Assembly (NCBI GenBank): GCA_951406725.2
Contig: OX597834.1
Location: 6,014,001-6,078,000 of the forward strand
Origin: Octopus vulgaris
Taxonomy: Eukaryota
Reading direction: 5' to 3'
Length of the DNA: 64,000 nucleotides
The notes under the pieces were generated by a model. It saw only the letters and a list, made by a program, of their open reading frames with translations, made no database searches and was not told the origin of the DNA. Positions 51,312 to 63,420 of the stretch are shown in pieces. How positions within the stretch are numbered: the stretch's first letter is position 1; each line of letters begins with the position of its first letter. Both the position numbers and the translations under genes were made by a program.

Positions 51312-52849
51312 ATATACATTCATATACGTAGGCATACGAGTGGCTGTGTGCTAAGTAACTTGTTTGCCAACCACATGGTTCCAGGTTCAGTCCCACTGCG
51401 TGACACCTTGGGCAAGTGTCTTCTACTATTGCCTCAAGTCGACCAAAGCCTTGTGAGTGGATTTGGTAGACGGAAACTGAAAGAAGCCCGTCGTATATAT
51501 GTATATATATGTGTGTGTGTATATGTTTGTGTGTCTGTGTTTGTGCCCCCAACATCGCTTGACAACCGATGCTGGTGTGTTTACGTCCCCGTAACTTAGC
51601 AGTTTGGCAAAAGAGACCGATAAAATAAGTACTGGGCTTACAAAGAATAAGTCCTGGGCTTACAAAGAATAAGTCCTGGGCGCTATTTGCTCGACTAAAG
51701 GCGGTGCTCCAGCATGGCCACAGTCAAATGACTGAAGCAAGTAAAAGAGTAAAACAGAGTAAAGAGTATACACATGTAAACAGAAAGAAAACAAAGACGG
51801 AAGACATTTAGACGAACATTCCTGTATAGATATACAGATGTTTATATATTAACAGAGTAGACTTACATAGGGTAGAAAGACACAGAAAATTAAGAGGAGA
51901 TGGTATGGCATTACAGGCCCAACAGCTGTTTCTGGGGGCCCAGAATTACTTCATAATGTTGGCAGATGTAGTTCGCAAAAAAGCAAGGATATGCAAGCAG
52001 TAGTGGGAGCTTATAAATATTAGGTGAACCCAGCCTCTGTCTTTGTAAGCCCAAATCATTTGAATGTCATTTATATATAGAACAATGGAGCAATGGTGGA
52101 GGGAAGAGCAAGGAAATCCTCAAAGATGTCAAAAGTGACGCCTTCATTTACTTTTTCATTTGGAACATTGCACGCGCTGGCACGTTCTTTGGAATTTTCT
52201 AGAATATCTATATATAGGTGCAGGAGTGGCTGTGTGGTAAGTAGCTTGTTTACGAACCACATGGTTCCGGGTTCACTCCCACAGCATGGCACCTTGGGCA
52301 AGTGTCTTCTACTATAGCCTTGGGCCGACCAAAGCCTTGTGAGTGGATTTGGTAGACGGAAACTGAAAGAAGCTCGTCGTATATATGTATATATATATGC
52401 CTGTGCGTGTATGTTTGTGTGCCTGTGTTCGTCCCCCTATCATTGCTTGACAACTGATGCTGGTGTGTTTATGTCACCGTTACTTAGCGGTTCGGCAAAA
52501 GAGACCGATAGAATAAGTACTGGGTTTACAAAAGAATAAGTCCTGGGATCGATTTGCTCGATTAAAGGCAGTGCTCCAGCATGGCCGCAGTCAAATTACT
52601 GAAACAAGTAAAAGAGTAAAAGAGTATATATCTTTAATCTTTGACTTGTTTCAGTCATTTGACAGTGGCCATGCTGGGGCACTTCCTTAAAGAATTTCTT
52701 ATTTGAATGAATCAACACAAGTACTTATTTTTTTATAAGCCTGATACTTATTTTTTTGGTCTCTTTTGCTGAACCACTAAGTTACAGAGATATAAACAAA
52801 CCAGCACTGGTTGCCAAGTGGTGATTGGGGAACAAACACAGACACCACC

Positions 52850-52881
<32 letters not shown>

Positions 52882-53168
52882 ACGCACACACATATATATC
52901 AGTTCTTTTACTCACTTCAGCCATGCAGTTGTGGTCATGCTGGAGCACCACCTTGGTCATTTCGATTTCCTCAGTCTGGAGTGTTTCACTTCACCACTCT
53001 TCTATATGACTTTGTCCCAGCTGATGGCCCATTTGGTGAATAAGGGAGTTTGATTCTTCTGCCCTTGATGGGCTTCTTTCAGTTTCCATCTACCAAATCC
53101 ACTCACAAAGCTTTGGTTGGCTCAAGACTATAGTAAAAAACACTATCCCAAGGTACCACACAGCTATG

Positions 53169-53216
<48 letters not shown>

Positions 53217-53218
<2 letters not shown>

Positions 53219-53381
53219 GGAGTAAACACATATATGTGAAACAAGGTGGAAAAAAGAGTATTCAAATACCAGTACTCAAATATTTAAAAGCAGCAGAATT
53301 CTAGCAAAAACTGTCCGACGAATGGGAACGTGAAACTCAGAGTAACAGGTTTTGTTGAATTTTCTGCCGCTTTTAAATAAA

Positions 53382-53383
<2 letters not shown>
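53217..53383. mobile_element. Head-to-head copy of the 35178-35340 hammerhead repeat, between (TA)n tracts
   Basis: 53217-53272 is the reverse complement of 35284-35339; HHR at 53305-53354 ctgt-CCGACGA-atg-ggaa-cgt-GAAA-ctcagag-TA-acag (core U to C). Confidence 0.75.
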
Positions 53384-53430
<47 letters not shown>

Positions 53431-53436
<6 letters not shown>

Positions 53437-54010
53437 TCAATAATAATATAGGGTGAAATTAATTAATTTGGAATAAATTCCAAATTAATTAATTTCACCC
53501 TATATTATTATTGATAATTATATTTCATCCCAGTAAAAAACCGTAGCATCTTATTTTGGCAGCACGCTGGCGGAAGGGGAATGGTGACATACTTTCATTC
53601 ACCCTTTGAATTTGGTGGTACTGGTAATGGCTTACGCTCGCTCTGATACCATGAGTTGAGGTGATGTCTTCTAGTGCCTTCAAATTTAATACACAATTAT
53701 TAATAATTGAGACGCAATTATTTATAATTGAAGAGTCCTACGCTGAAGAGGAAAATAGTTGGGTAAGACATAATTATTTAATTTTTATGCTTTCCTATGA
53801 CTTAATTCCGAAACGTACGTCCGTAGGTGACTTAATATAGAATGATTGTCGTCATTTCTTTCTCCTTTGCCTGTGTTGTTTGCCTTTTAAGTGCTGTGGT
53901 TTTACTGGGATCTCCCTTTTAAGTAGAAAGAATAGCCAAAACTCTTTGACTGCTATTTCTAAATTCGGTGTGTGGTGAGGCAAATCGTTGCTAAACCCTT
54001 AATTACTTAG
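53431..54010 (+). mobile_element. Second retrozyme-like element (~580 bp) with a fold-back 5' end, between (TA)n tracts
   Basis: 43-bp perfect inverted arms 53431-53520; contains a canonical hammerhead; shares caccctatatt and ctttg(a/g)ctg(c/t)tatttcta with the 493-bp unit. Confidence 0.7.
53734..53832 (+). ncRNA. Type I hammerhead ribozyme; predicted cleavage after 53821
   Basis: agt-cctacg-CTGAAGA(53743-49)-ggaa-[52 nt]-ttcc-GAAA(53810-13)-cgtacg-TC|cgtagg-tg-act. Confidence 0.9.
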
Positions 54011-55020
54011 TATATATATATATATATGTGTGTGTAAATATATGTATATAATAATTATATGTGCTTATATGTGTAGAATATGTGAAGAGAGACAGGGGAA
54101 ATAGCATAATGTATACAATGTCAATTAAATCTCCTAATACATTGTCTTCTGTTCTAATATTTTTTTTTATAAAGACAAACATTGACAATATACCTCAACA
54201 CTACTCCACCCCACCATCACTACTTTAACCCTTTCGCATTTAAACTAGCCATACTCTGCCCAAGGAGGCGCATTGGCCCAGTGGTTAGGACAGCAGACTC
54301 GCGGTTGTAGGATCGCGGTTTCGATTCCCAGACCGGGCGTTGTGAGTGTTTATTGAGTGAAAACACCTAAAAGCTCCACAATGCTCCGGCAGGGGATGGT
54401 GGTGATCCCTGCTGTACTCTTTCACCACAACTTTCTCTCACTCTTACTTCCTGTTTCTGTTGTACCTGTATTTCAAAGGGCCGGCCTTGTCACTCTCTGT
54501 GTCATGCTGAATATCCCCGAGAACTACGTTAAGAGTACACGTGTCTGTGGAATGCTCAGCCACTTACACGTTAATTTCACGAGCAGGCTGTTCCATTGAT
54601 CGGATCAACCGGAACCCTCGTCGTCATAACCGACGGAGTGCTCCCATCCACTCTGCCCAAATATTCTATCTGCTTTATGTTCAAACAGGCCAGATCCAGC
54701 CTCTCACACCCACCCTACACTGTTATTCTAAAAATAAGCAATCACATCTTCATCATCATTTTGAATCTACAAGATAATACATGATTAATCTTTAAAAATT
54801 TGGATAAACTACATGTGGGGTAACGGTTAGGGTTTCTGGCTTTCACCTAGGCACCCTGTGTTCAATTCTCAGCTCAGGAACATTTTTATGTTTTGTAGTA
54901 TTTTCACTAGGTTGTGATGCAGCATGGCCACAGTCTAATGGCTGAAACAAGTAAAAGATAAAAGATGAAATAAGCATTAATAAATCTCTGAACGAGGTAT
55001 AAACAGTAACTGCACGACAA

Positions 55021-55283
55021 TGTGAAGTATATTTGCCATCTCAATATGGCTAACCACTAAGGGTGGTAGCCCCAGGAGAACATCTCCTCCAGCTGGCTTT
55101 AGGCACACTTTCTGTGCCCTTAAGGTATTTGCGTATCACTTAGGTTGACGAGGGAAGGATGACCTCCCTTTGAAAATACCTTAAGGGCACAGAAAGTGTG
55201 CTTAAAGCCAGCTGGAGGAGATGTTCTCCTGGGGCTACCACCCTTAGTGGTTAGCCATATTGAGATGGCAAATATACCTCACA
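55021..55283. repeat. Fold-back palindrome (~110-bp near-perfect arms) within an insert bounded by a 12-bp TSD aaataagcatta
   Basis: tgtgaagtatatttgccatctc...aaggtattt versus aaatacctt...gagatggcaaatatacctcaca; TSD at ~54968-54979 and 55285-55296. Confidence 0.85.
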
Positions 55284-55879
55284 AAATAAGCATTATATTT
55301 GATAAATTAATCTGAATGTGAAAGGGTTAATGTGTACACATAAATGACATGCAAACAATATGCAAACGATATATATAGAAACAAACTGAAGAACAAGCTG
55401 TGTGGTGGAGGAGGTTTACTTCTCACCAACTTGGGTTCAGATTAAGTTCCACTCTGTAAGCTCACCTTGAGCAAAACACTTCTAATTCAATCCTGGACCA
55501 ACCAAAGTGAATTTGGTGCAAGGAAACTGGAAGTAGCTCATGTGTGTGTGTGTGTGTGTGTTGACACTTGCAGTCTATGAAAGTTTCTTGCTAGAAGTGT
55601 TGTTGTTGTTGTGGTCGCTTCTGCCAAGAAGTCATCCATTGGTTTTGTACCTCCAAAGAAATGAAATATAAGACGTCTTACTTGGAAAACAGATGAGTGT
55701 TAGCAACAGGAGAGGGCGTCTAAGCTGCAAAACAAATGCTTCAGTAATGTAGTCAATGTAGTCATCTAACCCATATTTGCATGACAAGATATAAAAATGG
55801 AAGTAAAAAGTGGACAAACAAACAGATGTGAACAGGACTGTTTAATAGAGGGAATAGCTTTAAGCATCACTCCTCCTCT

Positions 55880-56250
55880 TTGTCATCATCATCTTCATGG
55901 TCATTGTCATCATCATAATAATCATCATCATCATTATCCTCATCATCATCACCATCATCATCATGGTAATTGTCATCATCATTATAATCCTCATTAACAT
56001 TATCCTCATCATCATAATCATCATCATCACCATCATCATCATCTTCATGGTCATTGTCATCATCATTATAATCATCATTATCATTATCCTCATCATCACC
56101 ATTGGCATTATTCTCATCATCATCGTTGTCGCCATTGTCATCATTATACTTACGTCATCATTGTTAACTTTGTTATCATAATCATCATCATAACTGTTGT
56201 CATTATCATCATCATCATCATCATCATCATCATCGTCATCATCATCATCA
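55880..56250 (+). repeat. Degenerate (CAT)n repeat
   Basis: Direct reading. Confidence 0.9.
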
Positions 56251-57949
56251 TATACATCAGGGTACATGTATAGCCATGTAGTAATTGAATTTTGTTTATG
56301 TAATCATATGATTCCAGGTTTGATTCCGCCACCTGACCCCTTCGGTTATCTCCTTTTTGTAGCCCTGTGATGACTAATGCTTTTCGAAAGGAACCTGCTA
56401 AAGTTCATAGATTTCATGTATGCATCTATGCATTCGCATGTGAGTGTAGCTGACCATGTGTCTGCCTATGATTATATTTATTTGCGCAAAAGCTGGTCTG
56501 GTGTCAAAGAACATAACTCGGTAATTCAATAAAATATAAATCAATAAATCAATAAAATAAATTTCAGACCAAAATGTATTCTGGGTTCTAAGTCTAAGAT
56601 TACATTTGTTTTATTACACAAGCATTAACCATCTTCATTTTATCTTTTATCTTTTATCTTTAACTTGCTTCAGTCACTTACTGCGGCCATGCTGGGGCTC
56701 TGCTTTGAAGAATTTCTACTTCAATAAATCGACCCAAGTACTTTTTTTTAAAGTCTGGTACTTTTGTTGGTCCTTTTTACTGAAATGCTATGTTACTGGG
56801 ATGTAAACAAACCAATACCGGTTGTCAAGCAGTGGTTGGCAGACAAACACAGACATAAAGACATACACTCATATCTCTATATTCTTTTATTCTTTTATTC
56901 TTGTTTCAGTTATTTGACTGTGGCCATGCTGGAGCACTGCCATGCAGTGAGACTGAACCTGGAACTATGTGGTTGGAATGCAAACTTCTCACCACACAGC
57001 CATACCTGCACCTATTTCCAGCATATTATTTTCAAGACTAGTTTATCCATTACGTTGGCATATTTTGAAGGCATTTACCTGGAATTTGAAGATGATTTAA
57101 CTACTATTTCTAGCAGACTGAGTGACTTGGAGTTTTCTTTTGTTCCTTTTTGCTGTTTTTTTTTCCCTTACATAATATTTATATTGCAATCTTCTGTACT
57201 ACTTCTTTGTGTATTTGTGTCCTTCTATCAATACAAGGAATCGCTCTGTCGTCGTAGCACGGCTGTAATGATTGATTTTCTAGATGTATTTTAAACAAAA
57301 TGTCTGCTTTGCTCTTGTGTCTCTGTTATTCAATATTATTACTATTATGGTGCAATGTCATAAGGTCACCGGTGGAGTTTCTTATTTAACGTTATTACCA
57401 CAACAGGTGATGTCAAAAGGTCACAGTTGGGGTCAGTCTTTTGACTTTATGATTACAACCACAGTGATCATCTTAATGTCACCAATACAATTTGTGATTT
57501 GATGTTATTATTAAAGTAGGAGGTCATAAAGTCACTGTCACCTTCCATTGTATGATATTACAAAACACAGAGTGATGTCGTAAGATCATTTTTTAAAGTC
57601 TTTATTTGATGTTACTTCTTCCCTTTCATGTCATAAATTCATTCTTATAATCTGCAATCTTTCGTTATTACTACAGCCTATGATGTCATAAATTCTCAAG
57701 CACAGCATATCTCCAAAGGTCTCAGTCACTTGTCATTGCCTCTGTGAGGCCCAATGTTCGAAGGTCGTGCTTCAACACCTCCTCCCAGGTCTTCCTGAGT
57801 CTACCTCTTCCACAGGTTCATACTACTGCTAAGGTGTGATACTTTTCTACACAGCTGTCCTCATCCATTTGCAATACATGACCATACCAGTACAAGTCAT
57901 CTGTCTTGTACGTGTGAGCATGCAGAAAATAGTAAATTGAAAAAATACC

Positions 57950-58295
57950 GAAGAACAAACACAAAAAAGCAACAACACGAGGACATGGTACATGTGAAGT
58001 ATTAGCAAACACTCAGGGAAGGAAAGAAAGATGGTTTAACGTTTCGAGTGAACGCTCTTCTTCAGAAACAGAGGAAAAGTCCGATAGAAAGGAAGACAGA
58101 GGAAGAAAATCACCATTGATTCCCATGTTGTTACATTTTTCTTCCTCCGTCTTCCTTTTCTATTGGAATTTTCTTCTGTTTCTGAAGAAGAGCTTTGCTT
58201 GAAACATTAAACCATCTTTCTTTCCTTCCCTGAGCGTCTGCTATACTTTACATGTACCACATCCTCGCATTGTTGCTTTTTTGTGTTTGTTCTTC
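57950..58295. mobile_element. Head-to-head pair of a minimal-hammerhead repeat (HHR 58034-58069 on minus, 58178-58212 on plus)
   Basis: gttt-CTGAAGA-a-gagc-nnn-(g/a)ct(c/t)-GAAA-c(g/a)-TT|aaac on both arms; arms are reverse complements. Confidence 0.75.
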
Positions 58296-58490
58296 ATTTT
58301 ATATATATATATATATATGTGTGTGTATGTATGTATGTGCATATATATATATGTATGTATCATCATCATCATCATCATCGTTTAGCGTCCGTTTTCCATG
58401 CTAGCATATATGTATATATATATGTGTGTGTGTATATATATGTATATATATACATATCTATATATATATGTGTGTGTGTGTATGTATCTG

Positions 58491-58537
<47 letters not shown>

Positions 58538-58606
58538 ATACATATCTATATATATATGTGTGTGTGTATGTATATATTATATATGTCTATGCATATACAC
58601 ACACAT

Positions 58607-58646
<40 letters not shown>

Positions 58647-58904
58647 AAGTGTGTGTCTTTATGTTTGACCCCCCCCCCCCACTGCTTATGAACCTTTGTT
58701 CATATACATACTGATGACCTAGCAGTTCAACAAAAAAGGACCAAAATAATAAGTATCAGGCTTAAAGAAAAAGTACTGGTAATACAGTTCTATATTTAAG
58801 AGATGAGGAATTATGTACATTATTTACATTATTTACATTTGACGGATACTTGTCCTCATCTTGTTTGTTGTTAACATGTTTCAGCTGATATATATTATTA
58901 TTCA

Positions 58905-59042
58905 GCTCACTGCCTGGAATTGAACTCAGAATCTTGGGGTTAGTAGCCCGCGATCTTAACCAGTGCACCATATGCCCGTGGGTATAGTGGTTAAAAGCAT
59001 GGGTTACTAACCCCAAGATTCCAAGTTCGATTCCAGGCAACC
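58905..59042. other. Inverted pair of tRNA-like (SINE head) sequences, anticodon loop CTACTAA
   Basis: tagtggttaa A box, gttcgattcc B box; arms centred on tatgcccgtgggtata. Confidence 0.6.
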
Positions 59043-59125
59043 TTAACCAGTTGAGCAAGTCCCTTAGTGGCTGATGATTTGTGCATAATCAAGAGCAGAT
59101 AGTAATAATAATAACCATAATAATG

Positions 59126-59183
<58 letters not shown>

Positions 59184-59432
59184 CAAAAACAACCCTTATT
59201 CAGGGACCTTTTGAGTGGGATGGGTAACCCAACCAGAAGAAAATTCTAACTGGGCCCCACGCGCAAGGTCATGCGCTGTTTATCTTGTTATGAGATCACC
59301 ATGTCGCACACATATGGTTGTGATGCATGTGCCTGGTGTACCCTTATCAGACGGGTAGTCATGATGGGTATACTGGGCTTCGTATATTTGTACCCCAGTG
59401 TCACTTTGATGGTATGCACTGCTCTCTCACTC

Positions 59433-59488
<56 letters not shown>

Positions 59489-59949
59489 CAAAAACAACAA
59501 CATCGAAAAAAAGCTTAGGAGTGAGATCCCAGGTTTGAAATTTCCCCCCAAGACACCTGACGAATGCTGGGTTAGGGTTAGGGTTAGGGTTAGGGGTGGG
59601 GGAAGGGAGCCTTTTTTTTCTTCACAAAATGTAAATAAACCCAATCTGTTTATTAAACAAGGGACATACTCATACGGCACAGAATGTATTTTACCTCAAT
59701 AGACGTCAGTGATTGGTTGAAATTGCAGAAATATCAGCTGAAACACTGCGGTAACAACAAACAAGATGAGGACAAATATCCGTCAAATGTAAATAATGTA
59801 AATAATGAAAAGTACTGGTGTTGATTTGTTCAACCAAACCCCTTCAAGGCAGTGTTCCAGCAAAGCCGAAAGGCAGTGACTGAAACAAATACAGGATTTA
59901 TCTCTCACGCTTAATTAAGGCATGCTTTAAGTGGTATATGTTACACTTT

Positions 59950-60543
59950 GGATCTTTTCCGTTTGAACAGCAGTTTTTTCTAGCGGTGTCATATGAAATT
60001 GTCACCCATAGTTATGACCCTAGAATCGATCTATTGCATTTCAATCTCTTTTAGGGTTAGGGTTAGGGGTGGCGGGAAGGAAATCTTTTTTTTCTTCACA
60101 AAATGTAAATAAACCCAATCTGTTTATTAAACAAGGGACATACTCATACGGCACAGAATGTATTTTACCTCAATAGATGTCACTGATTGGTTGAAATTGC
60201 AGAAATTGAAGAAAAAAAACAACAAATATCTTACAAACTATAGAATGTTCTCAATAAAGCCAAGAGAAAAAGATGTTTTATAAACACATTCTACCAGTAT
60301 TTAAAATTTTTTAACATATGGAGGCGCAATGGCAGTTTAGGGCAGCGGACTAGGATCGCATTCCCAGACCGGGCGTATTGAGCGAAAACACCAAAAGCTC
60401 CACGAGGCTCCGGCAGGAGGTTCCCGTGTAATTTCACCACTTGAAAGGCGGTGCTCCAGCATGGCCGCAGTCAAATGACTGATACAAAAAAAAAAAAAAA
60501 ATAGAAATTATTTAAAAAAACTGCCATTCAAACCGAAAAGATC
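59950..60543. mobile_element. TIR-bounded non-autonomous element containing TTAGGG-like repeats and SINE fragments
   Basis: ggatcttttccgtttgaacagcagtttttt versus aaaaaactgccattcaaaccgaaaagatcc (~30-bp imperfect TIR). Confidence 0.65.
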
Positions 60544-60705
60544 CCAACACAAAAATTCAACATAGGCGCAGGAGTGGCTGTGTGGTAAGTAGCTTGTTTA
60601 CCAACCACATGGAACCTTAGGCAAGTGTCTTCTACTATAGCCTCGGGTCGACCAAAGCCTTGTGAGTGGATTTGGTAGACGGAAATTGAAAAGAAGCCCA
60701 TCGTA

Positions 60706-60751
<46 letters not shown>

Positions 60752-61604
60752 TGTGTGTGTGTTTGTGTGTCTGTGTTTGTCTCCTCAACATCGCTTGACA
60801 ACCAATGTTAGTGTGTTTATGAGGGAAATTGAAATGAAGCCCATTGTATATATGTATATATATATATATATATGCATGTGTGTGTTTATGTGTCTGTGTT
60901 TGTCCCCCTAGCATTGCTTGACAACCGATGCTGGTGTGTTTACGTCCCTGTTACTTAGCGGTCCGGCAAAAGAGACCGATAGAATAAGTACTGGGCTTAC
61001 AAAAGAATAAGTTCCGGGGTTGAGTTGCTCGATTAAAGGCGATGCTCCAGCATGGCCGGAGTCAAATGACTGAAACAAGTAAAAGAGTAAAAGAGAGTAA
61101 AGAGTATATACACATAGTATTTGCACAAATAATGGTGAGAGCCAGTTTCCCAGTTGTTTTACCCTCATAAACATATCCTCTCAGTTCATGTGTTGCAATA
61201 TTTAATTCTCGCCTGTTTGCTGTCAAACCAGACAAATTCAACATCTTGTAGTTTCGATATTTCATGTCACACGAAATAGTGCAGTTGTCTTCTTGTTCTC
61301 TGCAATTAGTTTAATATTAATTTAATGATTACTAACGGCTATTAGAGATGATAGGTGACAGGATTAATTTATTTTCAATGAATTTTTCCCTGATAAAATT
61401 AACTACCTGTAATTTCATCTCTTCTATACTGCATCGTTAATTTCTTCTGATTCTTTCACATAATTAGAATTGGATGTCTATTGCTTCTATAAAATGTAAC
61501 ACTGGGATGAAATAACCCTATGAAAAAGTTATTTTGGCTACCATCTCTAGGATGCAAGTTTCCTATTACAGTGGCGTACCCTGTTATATTTTTTTAATGG
61601 GGGA

Positions 61605-61672
61605 GGACGTAGCAGCTCCTTACTTCTGGACGTAGCAGCTCCTTACTTCTGGACGTAGCAGCTCCTTACTTC
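61605..61672 (+). repeat. 23-bp tandem repeat x3 (ggacgtagcagctccttacttct)
   Basis: Direct reading. Confidence 0.9.
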
Positions 61673-61908
61673 AGCAGACTACCATTTTTTTCTCTTTACT
61701 CTTTTGCTCTTTTACTTGTTTCAGTCATTTGACTGCGCCCATGCTGGAGCACCGCCTTTAGTCGAGCAAATCGACCCCGGGACTTGTTCTTTTATAAGCC
61801 CAGTACTTATTCTATCGGTCTCTTTTGCCGAACTGCTAAGTGACGGGGACGTAAACACACCAGCATCGGTTGTCAAGCAATGCTAGGGGAACAAACACAG
61901 ACACACAA

Positions 61909-61941
<33 letters not shown>

Positions 61942-62140
61942 CATATATACGACGGGCTTCTTTCAGTTTCCATCTACCAAATCCACTCACAAGGCATTGG
62001 TTGGCCCGGGGCTATAGCAGAAGACACTTGCCCAAGATGCCACGCAGTGGGGACTGAACCCGGAACCATGTGGTTGATTAGCAAGCTACTTACCACACAG
62101 CTTCATGTTTATTAATTTCGCTTTTGCTGAATATTACTGA

Positions 62141-62539
62141 ACTTGCAGTATCGCCTGGCGTTGCTCGGATTTGTTTTCTTTTCGACCCTTTAAAATTAAA
62201 ATTTTTGAAAAGTAAAATTTTGCCTTATGTAGCTTGTTATTCTCTTTAAGTGAACATTTTTCTGGTTAAAATACACCAAAAAATGGCGATACAGCAGTAA
62301 AAAAATTGTAAAAAAATAGGGATTTTCATAGAAAAAAAAGCACCTTTTTGATGTAAATAATTTTTGGTTTTAACATGGTGCGATTTGAATTTTTTCTGCT
62401 ACAGAAGGAAGAGCAAGCCTTCTTCTATCATACTCTCAATTTCGGTCAACTTGCGACACAGAGTCTCGGAGGAGATAGTGTTAGTTGAAGTCTACCAAAC
62501 CTGCCATATACAGACAACTTCAGCATTATATATATAGAT
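62141..62539 (-). mobile_element. Non-autonomous Helitron-like element
   Basis: Minus strand (A)TCtatatata... start; end ccgagcaacgccaggcgatactgcaagt (decayed hairpin plus CTAG). Confidence 0.5.
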
Positions 62540-62849
62540 TAAATACAAAGCAATTATTGCAAGCATTCCTTTTGAAGTTGCATTTATTTTTAAAGAGATG
62601 AACCACTGCACAGACAAGGTTTTCGGCTTTCTTATTCATGGGACATGAATTCAGATTTGCTGTATTCAAAAACATAAGCTCGAGCATGGCTGTGTGGTTA
62701 AGGCAGTTGTTTCTCAATCACATGGCTATTGAGTTCAGCCCCACTGCACAGCAGCTTGGGCAAGTGTCTTCAAGTTTAGCCCCAAACTGGCCAAAGCCAT
62801 GTGAGAAGATTCGATGAATGAAAACCGAATCTTTGTTTCAGAAAATAAT

Positions 62850-63420
62850 AATGACAGACTCTCAGCTTACTCAAGAAATGAAGGTTGAGCATCGTGATTT
62901 TGAAATATTTCAATTCTTAAAATGTCACCAGATCTTTTGTCTGCAAAATTCATAAGGAGTAGAGACTGAAGATGGAAACATATCACCAGTATCAAAATGT
63001 AAATAGCATTTTACACGTTTTGAAATCATCAGAACACCTGAACTTATCCAACAAGTTCCACAGACTATTAATTACAATTCCAGAAAATCCATGAGGTCAA
63101 TTGCGAAAAATCTCCATGTGTCAGAAAGAACAATCAGAAATGTTTTACATGAAGACATCAGATATGTCTCATATCATGAGGAAAGGTCAATTTATGTCTC
63201 AAAAAGCAAAAAAAGAAAACAAAAATCTCTACATCAAATCTAAAAGGCTCTTAAACAAACTGAAAAATCCAGTAGAAGAAGATTTGATTTGGTTTTTCTC
63301 AGGTGAGAAAAGCTTTGACCAAGATCAAAAAGTTAACGGAACAAATGACAGATGGTTGTGTGCAGACACTTCTGAAGTTCCAAGAGTTATGCATACAAGA
63401 TTTCCTGCAGCTGTGTCTGC
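62850..63420 (+). pseudogene. Tc1/mariner-superfamily (maT/DD37D-like) transposase fragment
   Basis: HTH IAKNLHVSERTIRNVLHED, then IWFFSGEKSFDQDQKVNGTNDRWLC...VMHTRFPAAV (FSDEK motif with D changed to G). Confidence 0.7.

Noticed and set aside
59569-59597. (TTAGGG)n telomere or interstitial telomeric site
   Set aside because: Only 2-4 units; part of a dispersed TIR element sequence duplicated at ~60052-60068
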